IMG/VR virus record: IMGVR_UViG_3300020236_000130
Coordinates: 1 to 40,015 of that record
Length of the DNA stretch: 40,015 bases
Direction: 5' to 3' (one strand)
Source: a virus
Taxonomy: Duplodnaviria > Caudoviricetes
The position numbers and the translations under genes are program-made. This document shows positions 25,965-35,103 of the stretch, piece after piece. How positions within the stretch are numbered: position 1 is the first letter of the stretch; every line of letters starts with the position of its first letter. Under the pieces are notes generated by a model. That model did not search any database and was not told the origin of the DNA. It saw nothing but the letters and a program-made list of their open reading frames with translations.

Positions 25965-26476
25965 TGGAATTAAAAGTCTCAATGAAAAAGAAGGGCCCAA
26001 TTTTTGAGGGTAAAACCGCAAAGATAGTTAACAAAGACCTTACAGCTGCAATGTATGAGGCAACTCAGCTGCTTGAGCGGGAGGTTAAAAAGAGGACTCC
26101 TGCCGGTGTTATGGGCGCCCAGGCAGGCCTGCGCTCAGGGATACACGGCGAGGTCACAGGCAAGGGCACGCCCAGGGTAAAGGGCATTGTTGCCGCGCAT
26201 GCCTCACATAAATATGCAGAGGTTATTGAAAAAGGGCGCAGGGCAAATAAGGCCTGGCCTCCGGAGGGAGTACTGCTGAGGTGGATACAGGTGAAGTTCG
26301 GAGAGAGTGCGGAGACAGCGCAGAGACTTGAATTTGTTATCCGAAGGAAAATCGGGAGGAAAGGCTTCCCCGGGGTGCATATGTTTGAGAACGCTCTTAA
26401 TGAAAACTGGACAAAGATTAAGAAAATATTTGACAAGGCCGGCTATAAGATAGCGAGGGATTTAGGTGGCAAATAG
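25964..26476 (+). CDS. HK97 gp10-like neck/tail-completion protein
   Basis: VKKRTP...LRSGI...YAEVIEKG...IGRKG...HMFENA. Confidence 0.7.
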   Translation: MELKVSMKKKGPIFEGKTAKIVNKDLTAAMYEATQLLEREVKKRTPAGVMGAQAGLRSGIHGEVTGKGTPRVKGIVAAHASHKYAEVIEKGRRANKAWPPEGVLLRWIQVKFGESAETAQRLEFVIRRKIGRKGFPGVHMFENALNENWTKIKKIFDKAGYKIARDLGGK

Positions 26477-26930
26477 ATATTTATCGATCCTGGCAGATGT
26501 TAAAACCAACCTGGACTCTGTCATCGACATAGGGAAGACCTACGATTACGAGAGGTGGTTAAAAGACTGGACTAAATTTATCAACCTTTTTAAGTCAGAG
26601 AACCACGGGCAGATCCGCGGCTGGGAGATTACAAGGGCCGCGGCGCCCGAGCATCAGGCAGGCGCATTTTTCAGGCATCATAAATTTGTCATCCGGGGAT
26701 ATATGGCAATCAAGGACTCAGATGCAACTGACAAAACATTTCAGGAGCTGGTTGAGGAAGTCTGTGCGAAATTCAGGACAGCCGCTGACGGTACTGCATG
26801 GTTTTATGGTGATGGAGACCAGAGCGGCGATGCGCCGGCCCAGGTTGAAACAATTGAAGCAAGGACTTTCGGCGGAGTGCTGTGTCACTACGCTGAAATA
26901 AAGTTAACGGTCACAGAACGAATAATTTAA
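26466..26930 (+). CDS. Tail terminator-like protein
   Basis: Size and position before the tail tube; C-terminal strand AEIKLTV. Confidence 0.6.
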   Translation: MANRYLSILADVKTNLDSVIDIGKTYDYERWLKDWTKFINLFKSENHGQIRGWEITRAAAPEHQAGAFFRHHKFVIRGYMAIKDSDATDKTFQELVEEVCAKFRTAADGTAWFYGDGDQSGDAPAQVETIEARTFGGVLCHYAEIKLTVTERII

Positions 26931-26932
26931 CA

Positions 26933-27046
26933 GTCCCCCTACTTTCTGACTGGCCCCTGCGTCTCACGACGCAAGACGTGGCAGCGGGCGAAAGTAAGAA
27001 GGGGGACAAGGTACCCCTGCTTTCTTGCGAAAGCAAAAAGGGGTAC
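26933..27046. repeat. Nested composite element (26933-27007) plus a second double-hairpin element (27011-27046)
   Basis: Core TGGCCCCTGCGTCTCACGACGCAAGACGTGGCAGCGGGCGAAAG shared with 11101-11144. Confidence 0.85.
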
Positions 27047-27058
27047 AAGGAGGTAACA

Positions 27059-27208
27059 ATGTTAAAGAGACAGGCAGGTTCCTTTATCAAGGAAAAAGGA
27101 GGAGACATAAAGCCAAACCTTAAGGACCCGGCAATGAGAGAGAGAGAGAACCTCAGGAAAAAGGCCGAGCCCAAGAAAAAGGAGGTAAGTACCAATGTTA
27201 AGAAATAG
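27059..27208 (+). CDS. Small basic hypothetical protein
   Basis: AAGGAGG RBS before ATG 27059; overlaps the tail tube start. Confidence 0.55.
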   Translation: MLKRQAGSFIKEKGGDIKPNLKDPAMRERENLRKKAEPKKKEVSTNVKK

Positions 27209-28136
27209 AGCAGTAATCCTGGCAAATGTTGAAGTAACATACGGCGTTGATATCGTGCCAACGCCCGCGGCAAATGCAATACTCTGCGAGCTTCCTGAGT
27301 TCTCGGTAATCGGCAGCAGGCTTGAAAGACCTAATATTCAGTCCTACATGGGCAAATTATCGCCGCTGAATATCGGGGAAGGGCTGAAAATCAAGTTTGT
27401 CACCGAGCTAAAGGGGCATGGCTCTGTTGTGGACACGCCTCCGGAGATCGGAGTGCTCTTCAGGGGCTGTAATTTCACAGAGACCATTACACCGACTACC
27501 GGGCCTGTTGATTACGATCCGAACTCGGCGGCCGGCATACCCGACAGCTCTGAGAGCCTGTCTATCTACTTCTACCAGGATGGGATTCTCCATAAGCTGT
27601 TAGGCTCCAGAGGGACTTTCTCGGTAGCCCTTAAGGCAGGCGAATACGGCAAGATCACATGGGAATTCACCGGGATATACGCAGGGCCGGCTGACGATAC
27701 GCTTCCCACCGGGACGTTCAACACTACACTCCCGCCGCGTTTTGTATCCGCATCCTTTGCAATTGATTCATATGCGGCTGTCATTGAAAGCCTGAATATT
27801 GATATTGCCAACAGGATAGTCAAGAGGCCGAGCGCCAATGCGGCAACAGGCATCCTCGAGTGGCTGATCTCTGACAGAGAGCCAAAGGGAGACTGCGACC
27901 CTGAGGTAGTAGCCCTTGCGACCAAGGACTTCTGGGACATGTGGAATCAGTCGTCCCAGGTAGCGCTTGCTGCAACTGTTGGAGCAGTCTCAATGAACAG
28001 GTGCGTAATCACAGGGCCAAAGATTGTCCTTGATGTGCCGACATACGGGGATAGAGAGAATTTCCTCACACACGGCCTGCCGATGAGCCTGCACCCGAGT
28101 TCCGGCAATGACGAGATTAAATTCAGCTTCACGTAA
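27195..28136 (+). CDS. Major tail tube protein
   Basis: 313 aa, beta-rich, VEVTYG N-terminal motif, GNDEIKFSF end; upstream of the chaperones and tape measure. Confidence 0.85.
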   Translation: MLRNRAVILANVEVTYGVDIVPTPAANAILCELPEFSVIGSRLERPNIQSYMGKLSPLNIGEGLKIKFVTELKGHGSVVDTPPEIGVLFRGCNFTETITPTTGPVDYDPNSAAGIPDSSESLSIYFYQDGILHKLLGSRGTFSVALKAGEYGKITWEFTGIYAGPADDTLPTGTFNTTLPPRFVSASFAIDSYAAVIESLNIDIANRIVKRPSANAATGILEWLISDREPKGDCDPEVVALATKDFWDMWNQSSQVALAATVGAVSMNRCVITGPKIVLDVPTYGDRENFLTHGLPMSLHPSSGNDEIKFSFT

Positions 28137-28152
28137 AAAACAGTTTTGAAAG

Positions 28153-28229
28153 GTCCCCCTTCTTTCCCCCTTCCTTGTTTCCACAAGGAAACACGGGGGA
28201 CTTTGTTTTCACAAAGAAAACAGGGGGAC
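28153..28229. repeat. Nested double-hairpin composite with CTTT duplication
   Basis: Reverse-complement equivalent of host-flank composite 266-342. Confidence 0.9.
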
Positions 28230-28302
28230 GAGGGCAGGGATCAGTTTAATTGCTGGTCCCTGACAGTTATTAAAAAATAATTTTAAAAAGGAGGCTCGCA
28301 AA

Positions 28303-28785
28303 ATGAGAGACCTTACTGCAGACAAAAATACGCTTAAAATTCAGGACCCGATTTCTAACTCGAATATAGAGCTTTACTACCGCATGCCGGAAACTTCGGA
28401 AATGCAGAAATACCGTTCAGAAGCCATCATCAGGAAGGGAAGAAAGCTGAAACTCAGGACATTTGAGGCTCAGCTCAAATACGGATTGATAATTCTCACA
28501 GGTTTTAGAGATGGAGATTTTGGTGCAGGTGGCAAACACATATCATCAAATCCTGACTGTCCGAACCAGATAGACGTTGATGGGAAGATGCTGCCGCTCG
28601 TGTACAGGGAAGACTGGAAGGATATTTTAAAAGATAAAGCGGCTGACCTGGTTATTGCTCTTGCGTCCCATGTTTTTGAAAAACCCAGGACAGATATGAG
28701 CGAGTCTTTATTTGAATTTGTAGATGAAGAAGATGAGGAGGGGGCAGAGGAAATACCCCCTTTGGCGAAGAGCTCAGGAGACTAA
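28303..28785 (+). CDS. Tail assembly chaperone (G)
   Basis: Between tube and tape measure; acidic C-terminus with a slippery heptamer. Confidence 0.8.
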   Translation: MRDLTADKNTLKIQDPISNSNIELYYRMPETSEMQKYRSEAIIRKGRKLKLRTFEAQLKYGLIILTGFRDGDFGAGGKHISSNPDCPNQIDVDGKMLPLVYREDWKDILKDKAADLVIALASHVFEKPRTDMSESLFEFVDEEDEEGAEEIPPLAKSSGD

Positions 28786-29060
28786 GAGATAAGTGTTCTG
28801 AGGAGAACAGGGAAGAATGCCTGAAGAAATTTTACAGGAATTCACCACCCGGCATGCCGGCTCCATGCGGGACGTGCGAGAAAAAAGAGCATGAAGACTT
28901 TGAACCTTCACCGTGGTTCGGTCATATATCTTTTTTATACTCTTTGCAAAAAGCCGGGTATCCCTTTGCCAAAAATGATTTAAGCATGGATGAATGGACA
29001 GACCTTGCAATATTTAAAGAGGAGATAGAAAAACTTAAATGGCAAACACCAACACAGTAA
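28758..29060 (+). CDS. Tail assembly chaperone GT extension via -1 frameshift at C CCT TTG (28758-28764)
   Basis: The X XXY YYZ heptamer is in phase with G; the -1 frame is open from 28761 through the 28854-29060 ORF. Confidence 0.8.
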   Translation, partial: PFGEELRRLRDKCSEENREECLKKFYRNSPPGMPAPCGTCEKKEHEDFEPSPWFGHISFLYSLQKAGYPFAKNDLSMDEWTDLAIFKEEIEKLKWQTPTQ

Positions 29061-32000
29061 ACATAGCGTTTCGGACAGACGGAGCCGGGAAGATCGTTAC
29101 TGACACCGGCAAAGTTACCGGGGCAACAAAACGCATGGGTGACTCAGCTAAGAAGGCAGGGACATCTATGTCGTCCCTTGCGGGCAAGCTTAAGGGGTTG
29201 GCTGTTATGCTTGCAGCCGGCTTTGGGATTAAACAGGCTATCTCCAGCGCCGTTGAATTTAAACACAGCATAATGGAAGTATCGACACTTGTAGATACTT
29301 CAACGGTTTCAATGGCCCGATATGAAGAAGAGATAAAATCACTGGCAGTAGAAGTCGGTCAGAGCACTCAAGACCTTACCAAAGGTTTATATCAGGTCAT
29401 TTCAGCAGGGGTTGCTACTGAGGATGCCATGACGATTTTAGCGGCATCGGCTAAGGTGGCTGTTGCAGGCATAACAACTACGGAAAAGGCGGTTTTAGCC
29501 CTTACAAAGGCATTAAATATTTACGGATTAGAAGCCAGTCAGGTTACATTTATTTCGGATTTATTTTTCAAAACCGTAGAACGAGGGCAGATAACTTTTC
29601 CGGAACTGGCATCTCAGGTTGGCCGTATCCTGCCCTTTGCAAGAGCCTTAGGGGTTGAGATGGAAGATGCTTTGGCTGTCTTTGCAGGGATGACTACAGT
29701 ATTAGGGCGGGCAGAACAGGCGGCAACAGCACTGGAAGCAACCTTCAGGGCTTTTATTACCAGCGGTCAAAAATTTAGAGATATAGGTATTGATATAAGG
29801 AAAGTGCTGGCGGAAGAAGGACTGGTAGGAGCGCTTAAAAGACTTAAAGAGGTGACAGGCGGCGATGCTGAAAAATTAAGAGAACTGGGCATTGAAACTG
29901 AAGCATTAAGAGGTGTCCTGGGATTATTCGGGGGTAAGTTAGAAGACGTCGAAAGGAATTTGAAGGAGATGGAAGTTGCTGCAGGATCAGCCGGGAAAGC
30001 TTTTCGTAAGATGGCAATGGGTGCACATTTTGCGATGGCTGTGATTAGGGCTCGGTTTGATGTATTTGCGGCGGAAGCAGGTAAAACTTTCCTGCCGATT
30101 ATTGAACAAATATTAAAATCCGGGATATCGGTGTTGGATGCCTTCAGCGCCCTGTGGGCTGTGCTGAGCTCTTTTCCGCTTGGGGTCATTGAGTTCTTTC
30201 GCAATCTTAGAACTGAGATGGAAAAGACCAGGGAAGAAGCGGATCAATTCGCAGACCCAACTCCGTTTGAGGAATTGTGGGCATTTTTAGGGAGATGGGG
30301 AAAGGATACACTTGCCGTATTCACTCATTTTGGAAAGTCAACAGCGAATGCCTTTGCAGTAATGGTAATAGACATAATTGCTATACTTAATGGCCTTATA
30401 AATGTATCAAAACCCATCGGCGAAGTTCTTGTCGGAATCTTTACTCTTGATTCAGAGCGCATAAAAAAAGGGTGGGCAGACTGGAAAGACACTGCAGCAG
30501 ATACGGTCGCAGATTTGTACAGCATTGCTGCTGCCGGTTTTAAGGGAATAGGAGATTCATATGATGACATGATTAAGAAAATGCAGAAGACGCGCGGGCT
30601 GCCGGAAATAGTCGGAGCGGTAACACGGGAAGTTAAAACCCTGGAAAAAACAATGGCGGCAATAAGAAAAGAGGCTGATGCTTTTGTGAAAGATGTATAT
30701 GGGTCACTTAAGTCCACAGAGGAGATACGGCTGCTTGATGCCAGCATACAGGCCGCAATAGACAAGATGACTCTCTCGCAGCAGGAATTAATATTAAAAC
30801 AGGCTGAGGCGTGGAGGAAAGCAGGGGCTGATCAGATAAAGATTCAGCAATGGGTAAACCTGGAATTAAAAAAACTGGATGATGCCCGGCTTGAAGATAT
30901 AAAAAAGCTTAATGCCGGCATACAGGACATGATAGACCAGATGACTCTCTCACAGAGGGAATTAGTTTCAAAACAGGCTGAGGCGTGGAAAGAAGCAGGG
31001 GCTGATCGGGTTTTGATTCAGGAATGGGTAAATTTAGAATTAAAAAAACTGGATGATGAGAGGCTTAAAGATGTAGAGAAATTTGCTGATGCTATTGTGA
31101 AGGAACTTTGGGGGACATACGATACTGTTGAGAAAAAGACTGAGGAGCTTGGCAGGACGACTGAGGATGTCTTTGCAATGATGCGCTATGACGCGGGCAC
31201 TACTGCCAATAACCTGGTGTATTCGTTTGAGACTATGTTCTTTGACGGTTTTAAGAACGGGCTTGATTCTTTGCTGGATTATTTTAAACGCTTCCTTGTC
31301 AGGCTTGCCTCTACAGCCTTGGCGCAGAGGATTATTATCCCGGTGCAGACTGCATTGACAGGAGCCGGGACAACAGGCGCCGGAGTTAGCGGCATGGGAA
31401 AGCTGGCCGGTTTTATGCCTTTCCTGGGTGCCGGGATGGTGGGTGCCGGCATTGGCACAATGCTCGGGGACAGCACAGGGAATATGATAGGCGGAGCAAT
31501 CGGCAGTATGCTTGCATCAACGGCTTTTGCTCAGAGTATGCTCGCAGGGGTAGTTGCTACTGTCGGAACATCTCTCGGTCTCACATTTGCGGTTTCCGGA
31601 GCAATTCTTGGTCCAATAGGCATTGCTATCGGCGCGTTATTAGGCTCGATCATTGGTAAATTATTCAGCGGCAAGGACAAAATCCCGAGCACTGAGCTGG
31701 TTTACAGGCCGGAGGATCAGTATGCTGAGCCCGGGTTCTGGGTTAAGGGCATTGAGGAGATGGGGGAGGAGTTCTCAAATGCGGTTATCCCGGCCATGGA
31801 TACGCTCAGGTCTGAGCTGATGGACTTTGTTGAGTCAATCGGAGGAGACCTTTCTAAATTTTATGAGAAATTCCTGACCGGCTCAACTGAGCTTGACAAG
31901 GACTTGAATCTGGAGCAGCTGTTAAAGAAATGGGCCGGCCAGTATGCGGAGTTTGTAACTCAGATTGATTTTACGCAGTTCCAGAAGTCAGGGGAGGACC

Positions 32001-33580
32001 TTGTCGATACTATTGACAGGATTATCAGCTCTGTTACTGCGTTTGATGATGTGATGGAGTCTTTTGACAATTATATCTCGGCTATTCAGGACCAGTATGA
32101 TGCGATTGCATTATGGAAGGACCAGATGACGGCGGCTGATGAGCAGATTAATGAATTAAAGGACTCACTCAGGGAAACTACGGACCCGGCTGATGCCCTT
32201 AACTATGCGAGCCAGCTGAAGCAGGCGATTTATGATAAGTATTTAATGGAGAAGCAGTTTGTTGAAAACCTTGCGGCTTCCATAGAACAGCTTAAGGTCG
32301 AGATGGTTAACTTTACGATATCAATGCAGCAGAAAATATCAGGGCTGACCGGTGATTTTACGGCATTAATTGAGACAATTACATTAGCGGCTTTTCAGAC
32401 CATGGGCGGAAGTCAGAAACTGCTTCAGCCCGGGGCGTTTAAAAGCCTGGCTGATTTACAGCAGTTTATTGGTTATCTGGATCAATGGCTGGCCGCGAAT
32501 ATAGCCGCTATACAAAAAAGCTATCAGGCCAGGATTGCGGCTCTGCAGTCAGAGAAAGAGGCCATACAGGAGGCTTACGAGGCCCGTACGGATGCCTTAC
32601 GGGAGGAGCTTGACCTGCTGCAGGAACAGCTCGAGGTTGCCCGCGCATGGGAAGGGGTGTTAAACCAGGTTAAGGATTTGATATTTAACCTTACGACTTC
32701 AACAGCATCCCCTGCAGATATCTTTGAGCGGCTGAATTTTGCCCGCAGTGAAATGGACAGGATCAAGGCCCTGTATGAAGCAGAGGCAGACCCTTTGAAA
32801 AAGGCGGAATACTCTTCTCAGCTCGCTAATCTGATCCAGGAATATCTCGGTCTGGCTCAGGAGGCTTTTCAGAGGCCGTCGCCTGAGTATCAGGCAATCT
32901 ACGGAGAAATGATAGGCTGGCTTGAGGAGCTCCAGACGTATGCTCGGGAGCACGGCGGAAATATCGAGAGCATCGAGGAGCAGATTAAAAATATCAATGA
33001 GGAGATGAAGGCCATACAGGAAGCCATGCGGGACCAGCTGGAATCTATTGATGCGGAAATCAAATCTTTAAATGACCAGATGAATGCAGAGATCGAGGCT
33101 TTTAAAGAGGCGTCTGTTAAATATTATGAATGGGCAATGAATGAGGGCATAAGACTGTATCAGGAAAAGATTGACGATCTATCTGAAAAACTCGGGGATA
33201 TCCTCGGTGATAAAACTATGGAGGAGTATCTGGCAGACCTCCAGCTTGCGGCTGTTACTGAATTAATTTATATCAGGGATTTACTGGCTAACATCTTCGC
33301 AAACCTCTTTCCAAATATGCCGGTACCTGAATACCAGTCGGGGGGACTGGTCGGCAGGACCGGCCTCGCCTATGTGCACCAGGGCGAGACTGTAATACCG
33401 GCAGGCCAGTCCGCCGGAGCGGGCAACACTACTATACAATTCAACCAAACAATAAATATCAATGATACTAAAGATTTAGATGAAGAAAAAATAGCAGAAT
33501 TATCGGCTGAGGAAGTAATACGTCAATTGAAATATGACAAGGGCAGAGCATTAGTTCAGGATATTGTAGCTCGGAGATAA
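29039..33580 (+). CDS. Tape measure protein (TP901-type core)
   Basis: 1513 aa, Ala-rich and helical; GLYQVISAG and VERGQITFPELA core; Gly-rich TM-like region; AYVHQGETVIP C-terminal motif. Confidence 0.93.
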   Translation: MANTNTVNIAFRTDGAGKIVTDTGKVTGATKRMGDSAKKAGTSMSSLAGKLKGLAVMLAAGFGIKQAISSAVEFKHSIMEVSTLVDTSTVSMARYEEEIKSLAVEVGQSTQDLTKGLYQVISAGVATEDAMTILAASAKVAVAGITTTEKAVLALTKALNIYGLEASQVTFISDLFFKTVERGQITFPELASQVGRILPFARALGVEMEDALAVFAGMTTVLGRAEQAATALEATFRAFITSGQKFRDIGIDIRKVLAEEGLVGALKRLKEVTGGDAEKLRELGIETEALRGVLGLFGGKLEDVERNLKEMEVAAGSAGKAFRKMAMGAHFAMAVIRARFDVFAAEAGKTFLPIIEQILKSGISVLDAFSALWAVLSSFPLGVIEFFRNLRTEMEKTREEADQFADPTPFEELWAFLGRWGKDTLAVFTHFGKSTANAFAVMVIDIIAILNGLINVSKPIGEVLVGIFTLDSERIKKGWADWKDTAADTVADLYSIAAAGFKGIGDSYDDMIKKMQKTRGLPEIVGAVTREVKTLEKTMAAIRKEADAFVKDVYGSLKSTEEIRLLDASIQAAIDKMTLSQQELILKQAEAWRKAGADQIKIQQWVNLELKKLDDARLEDIKKLNAGIQDMIDQMTLSQRELVSKQAEAWKEAGADRVLIQEWVNLELKKLDDERLKDVEKFADAIVKELWGTYDTVEKKTEELGRTTEDVFAMMRYDAGTTANNLVYSFETMFFDGFKNGLDSLLDYFKRFLVRLASTALAQRIIIPVQTALTGAGTTGAGVSGMGKLAGFMPFLGAGMVGAGIGTMLGDSTGNMIGGAIGSMLASTAFAQSMLAGVVATVGTSLGLTFAVSGAILGPIGIAIGALLGSIIGKLFSGKDKIPSTELVYRPEDQYAEPGFWVKGIEEMGEEFSNAVIPAMDTLRSELMDFVESIGGDLSKFYEKFLTGSTELDKDLNLEQLLKKWAGQYAEFVTQIDFTQFQKSGEDLVDTIDRIISSVTAFDDVMESFDNYISAIQDQYDAIALWKDQMTAADEQINELKDSLRETTDPADALNYASQLKQAIYDKYLMEKQFVENLAASIEQLKVEMVNFTISMQQKISGLTGDFTALIETITLAAFQTMGGSQKLLQPGAFKSLADLQQFIGYLDQWLAANIAAIQKSYQARIAALQSEKEAIQEAYEARTDALREELDLLQEQLEVARAWEGVLNQVKDLIFNLTTSTASPADIFERLNFARSEMDRIKALYEAEADPLKKAEYSSQLANLIQEYLGLAQEAFQRPSPEYQAIYGEMIGWLEELQTYAREHGGNIESIEEQIKNINEEMKAIQEAMRDQLESIDAEIKSLNDQMNAEIEAFKEASVKYYEWAMNEGIRLYQEKIDDLSEKLGDILGDKTMEEYLADLQLAAVTELIYIRDLLANIFANLFPNMPVPEYQSGGLVGRTGLAYVHQGETVIPAGQSAGAGNTTIQFNQTININDTKDLDEEKIAELSAEEVIRQLKYDKGRALVQDIVARR

Positions 33581-33588
33581 CACGTTAA

Positions 33589-34350
33589 ATGGCGAATTTT
33601 ATTTTTGGATACACCTTTACAGCTTATTCAGCAGTAGCATCCTCTGAGGACTCGAATTATCCGGGTACCAATTTATCAATTTACGGATTTACAAAGCGGC
33701 ATTTCCGGTCCCTGGTATCAACAGCGGTTACTATTGTCTTTGATTTTACAACAGCAAAGGCGCTGGCCGGCGTGATGCTGCATGATATCAATTTTACTGA
33801 TGTATTTATTGAGGGCAATGCAACTGACTCATGGGGAAGCCCTGCATTTTCTCAGCAGTTTACTCCGGCAAAGGACGAGAGGACTGAAAGATATAAATTA
33901 TATGCAACCCTGACCGGGTTTAATTACAGGTACATGCGGCTGAGGATCCCTGCTCAAACGCCGGTTGACGGGCTGTCTGTTTTTAAAATCGGCACTGTGG
34001 TCTGTCTTGACACAATCCTCGAGATTTCAGAAAGTCCTGACTGGTCGTATGACTATTCGGCAGATGAAGAAATTAAAGTCAATGAGTTTGAATCAGGAGG
34101 TGATGAGCGGGTTAATCTTGGTGATTTGATATGGAGAGGCAGTTTCTCATTTAACCCCTATATCAGAACCAATGAAGGGGAATTATGGACGCTCAACAGC
34201 ATAAAAAAAGATGAAAACCTTGTCTTTTTTGAAAACCTGGGCGATGTCTCAAAAGTATATCTCTGCAGAAGAGATACCAAGATAAAGGTCACATGGCATA
34301 CCCCTAAAGCCGTGAGAACAAACAGACTGGAATTCAAGGAGATCGCATGA
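33589..34350 (+). CDS. Distal tail protein-like
   Basis: First gene after the tape measure; beta-rich with a galactose-binding-like insert (YRYMRLRI). Confidence 0.6.
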   Translation: MANFIFGYTFTAYSAVASSEDSNYPGTNLSIYGFTKRHFRSLVSTAVTIVFDFTTAKALAGVMLHDINFTDVFIEGNATDSWGSPAFSQQFTPAKDERTERYKLYATLTGFNYRYMRLRIPAQTPVDGLSVFKIGTVVCLDTILEISESPDWSYDYSADEEIKVNEFESGGDERVNLGDLIWRGSFSFNPYIRTNEGELWTLNSIKKDENLVFFENLGDVSKVYLCRRDTKIKVTWHTPKAVRTNRLEFKEIA

Positions 34351-34532
34351 CGTTAAAGGGATTACTGGCTCTGCTTAAGAGCAGGGCTAAAAAGAATGCT
34401 GTAAAGATGAAGGATAAAATCAGTTTTAAATTAACTAAATACAGTCCCCCTTCTTTGTTTTCACAAAGAAAACAGGGGGACAAGGAGGAACAGAAAGATG
34501 AAAAGGAAAACGCTCATAAGTCTTGTAAGTAG
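34347..34532 (+). CDS. Small hypothetical protein spanning a repeat element
   Basis: AGGAG RBS and ATGA overlap; C-terminal half is repeat-derived. Confidence 0.35.
   Translation: MTLKGLLALLKSRAKKNAVKMKDKISFKLTKYSPPSLFSQRKQGDKEEQKDEKENAHKSCK
34444..34481. repeat. 38-bp double-hairpin element
   Basis: GTCCCCCTTCTTTGTTTTCACAAAGAAAACAGGGGGAC. Confidence 0.9.
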
Positions 34533-35100
34533 TTTCATAATCCTGTTGTTTGTCCTGGGCTGTGCGACATCCGGGCCAGTGGGAAATAAGCTGAATCTTG
34601 AGGATAAGATTGAGATTAAAAAGCAGAGCCTAAACCGCCGGCCAGAGGCATTATTGACGGCTAATATGTCTCTCACACTGTTTGACAGTCAGGGGCGGAT
34701 AAAAGACCAGAGAACATATCATAATCTTGTAGTCAATGCCGGGCTGGCAGGGGTCGCAAGCCGGATTAACGGAGATGGCTCTGAGGCCGTATTTACGTAT
34801 GTGGCAATCGGCATCGGCACAACTGCGGCGGCAGCCGGGGACACTGCCCTGCAATCTGAGATAACAACAGGCGGGGGATCCCGGGCAGCGGCAACAGTAT
34901 CGAGAATAACCACAACGGTTACAAACGATACTGCCAAATGGGTCATAACGTATTCTTTCACAGCGTCTTTTGCCGTTACCGAATCAGGGATATTAAACGC
35001 TGCATCGGCAGGTACAATGCTGGCCCGGAAGGTATTCGGCGCCATAAATGTGGCAAATACGGATTCGCTTCAAATCTCATGGACTGTCCAGAGCAGTTAG
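34498..35100 (+). CDS. Tail fibre/baseplate-anchor-like domain preceded by a lipoprotein signal
   Basis: LFVLG|C lipobox; NLVVNAG...YVAIGIGTTA...DTALQSE...TESGILNA...MLAR domain typical of fibre N-termini. Confidence 0.7.
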   Translation: MKRKTLISLVSSFIILLFVLGCATSGPVGNKLNLEDKIEIKKQSLNRRPEALLTANMSLTLFDSQGRIKDQRTYHNLVVNAGLAGVASRINGDGSEAVFTYVAIGIGTTAAAAGDTALQSEITTGGGSRAAATVSRITTTVTNDTAKWVITYSFTASFAVTESGILNAASAGTMLARKVFGAINVANTDSLQISWTVQSS

Positions 35101-35103
35101 TCA

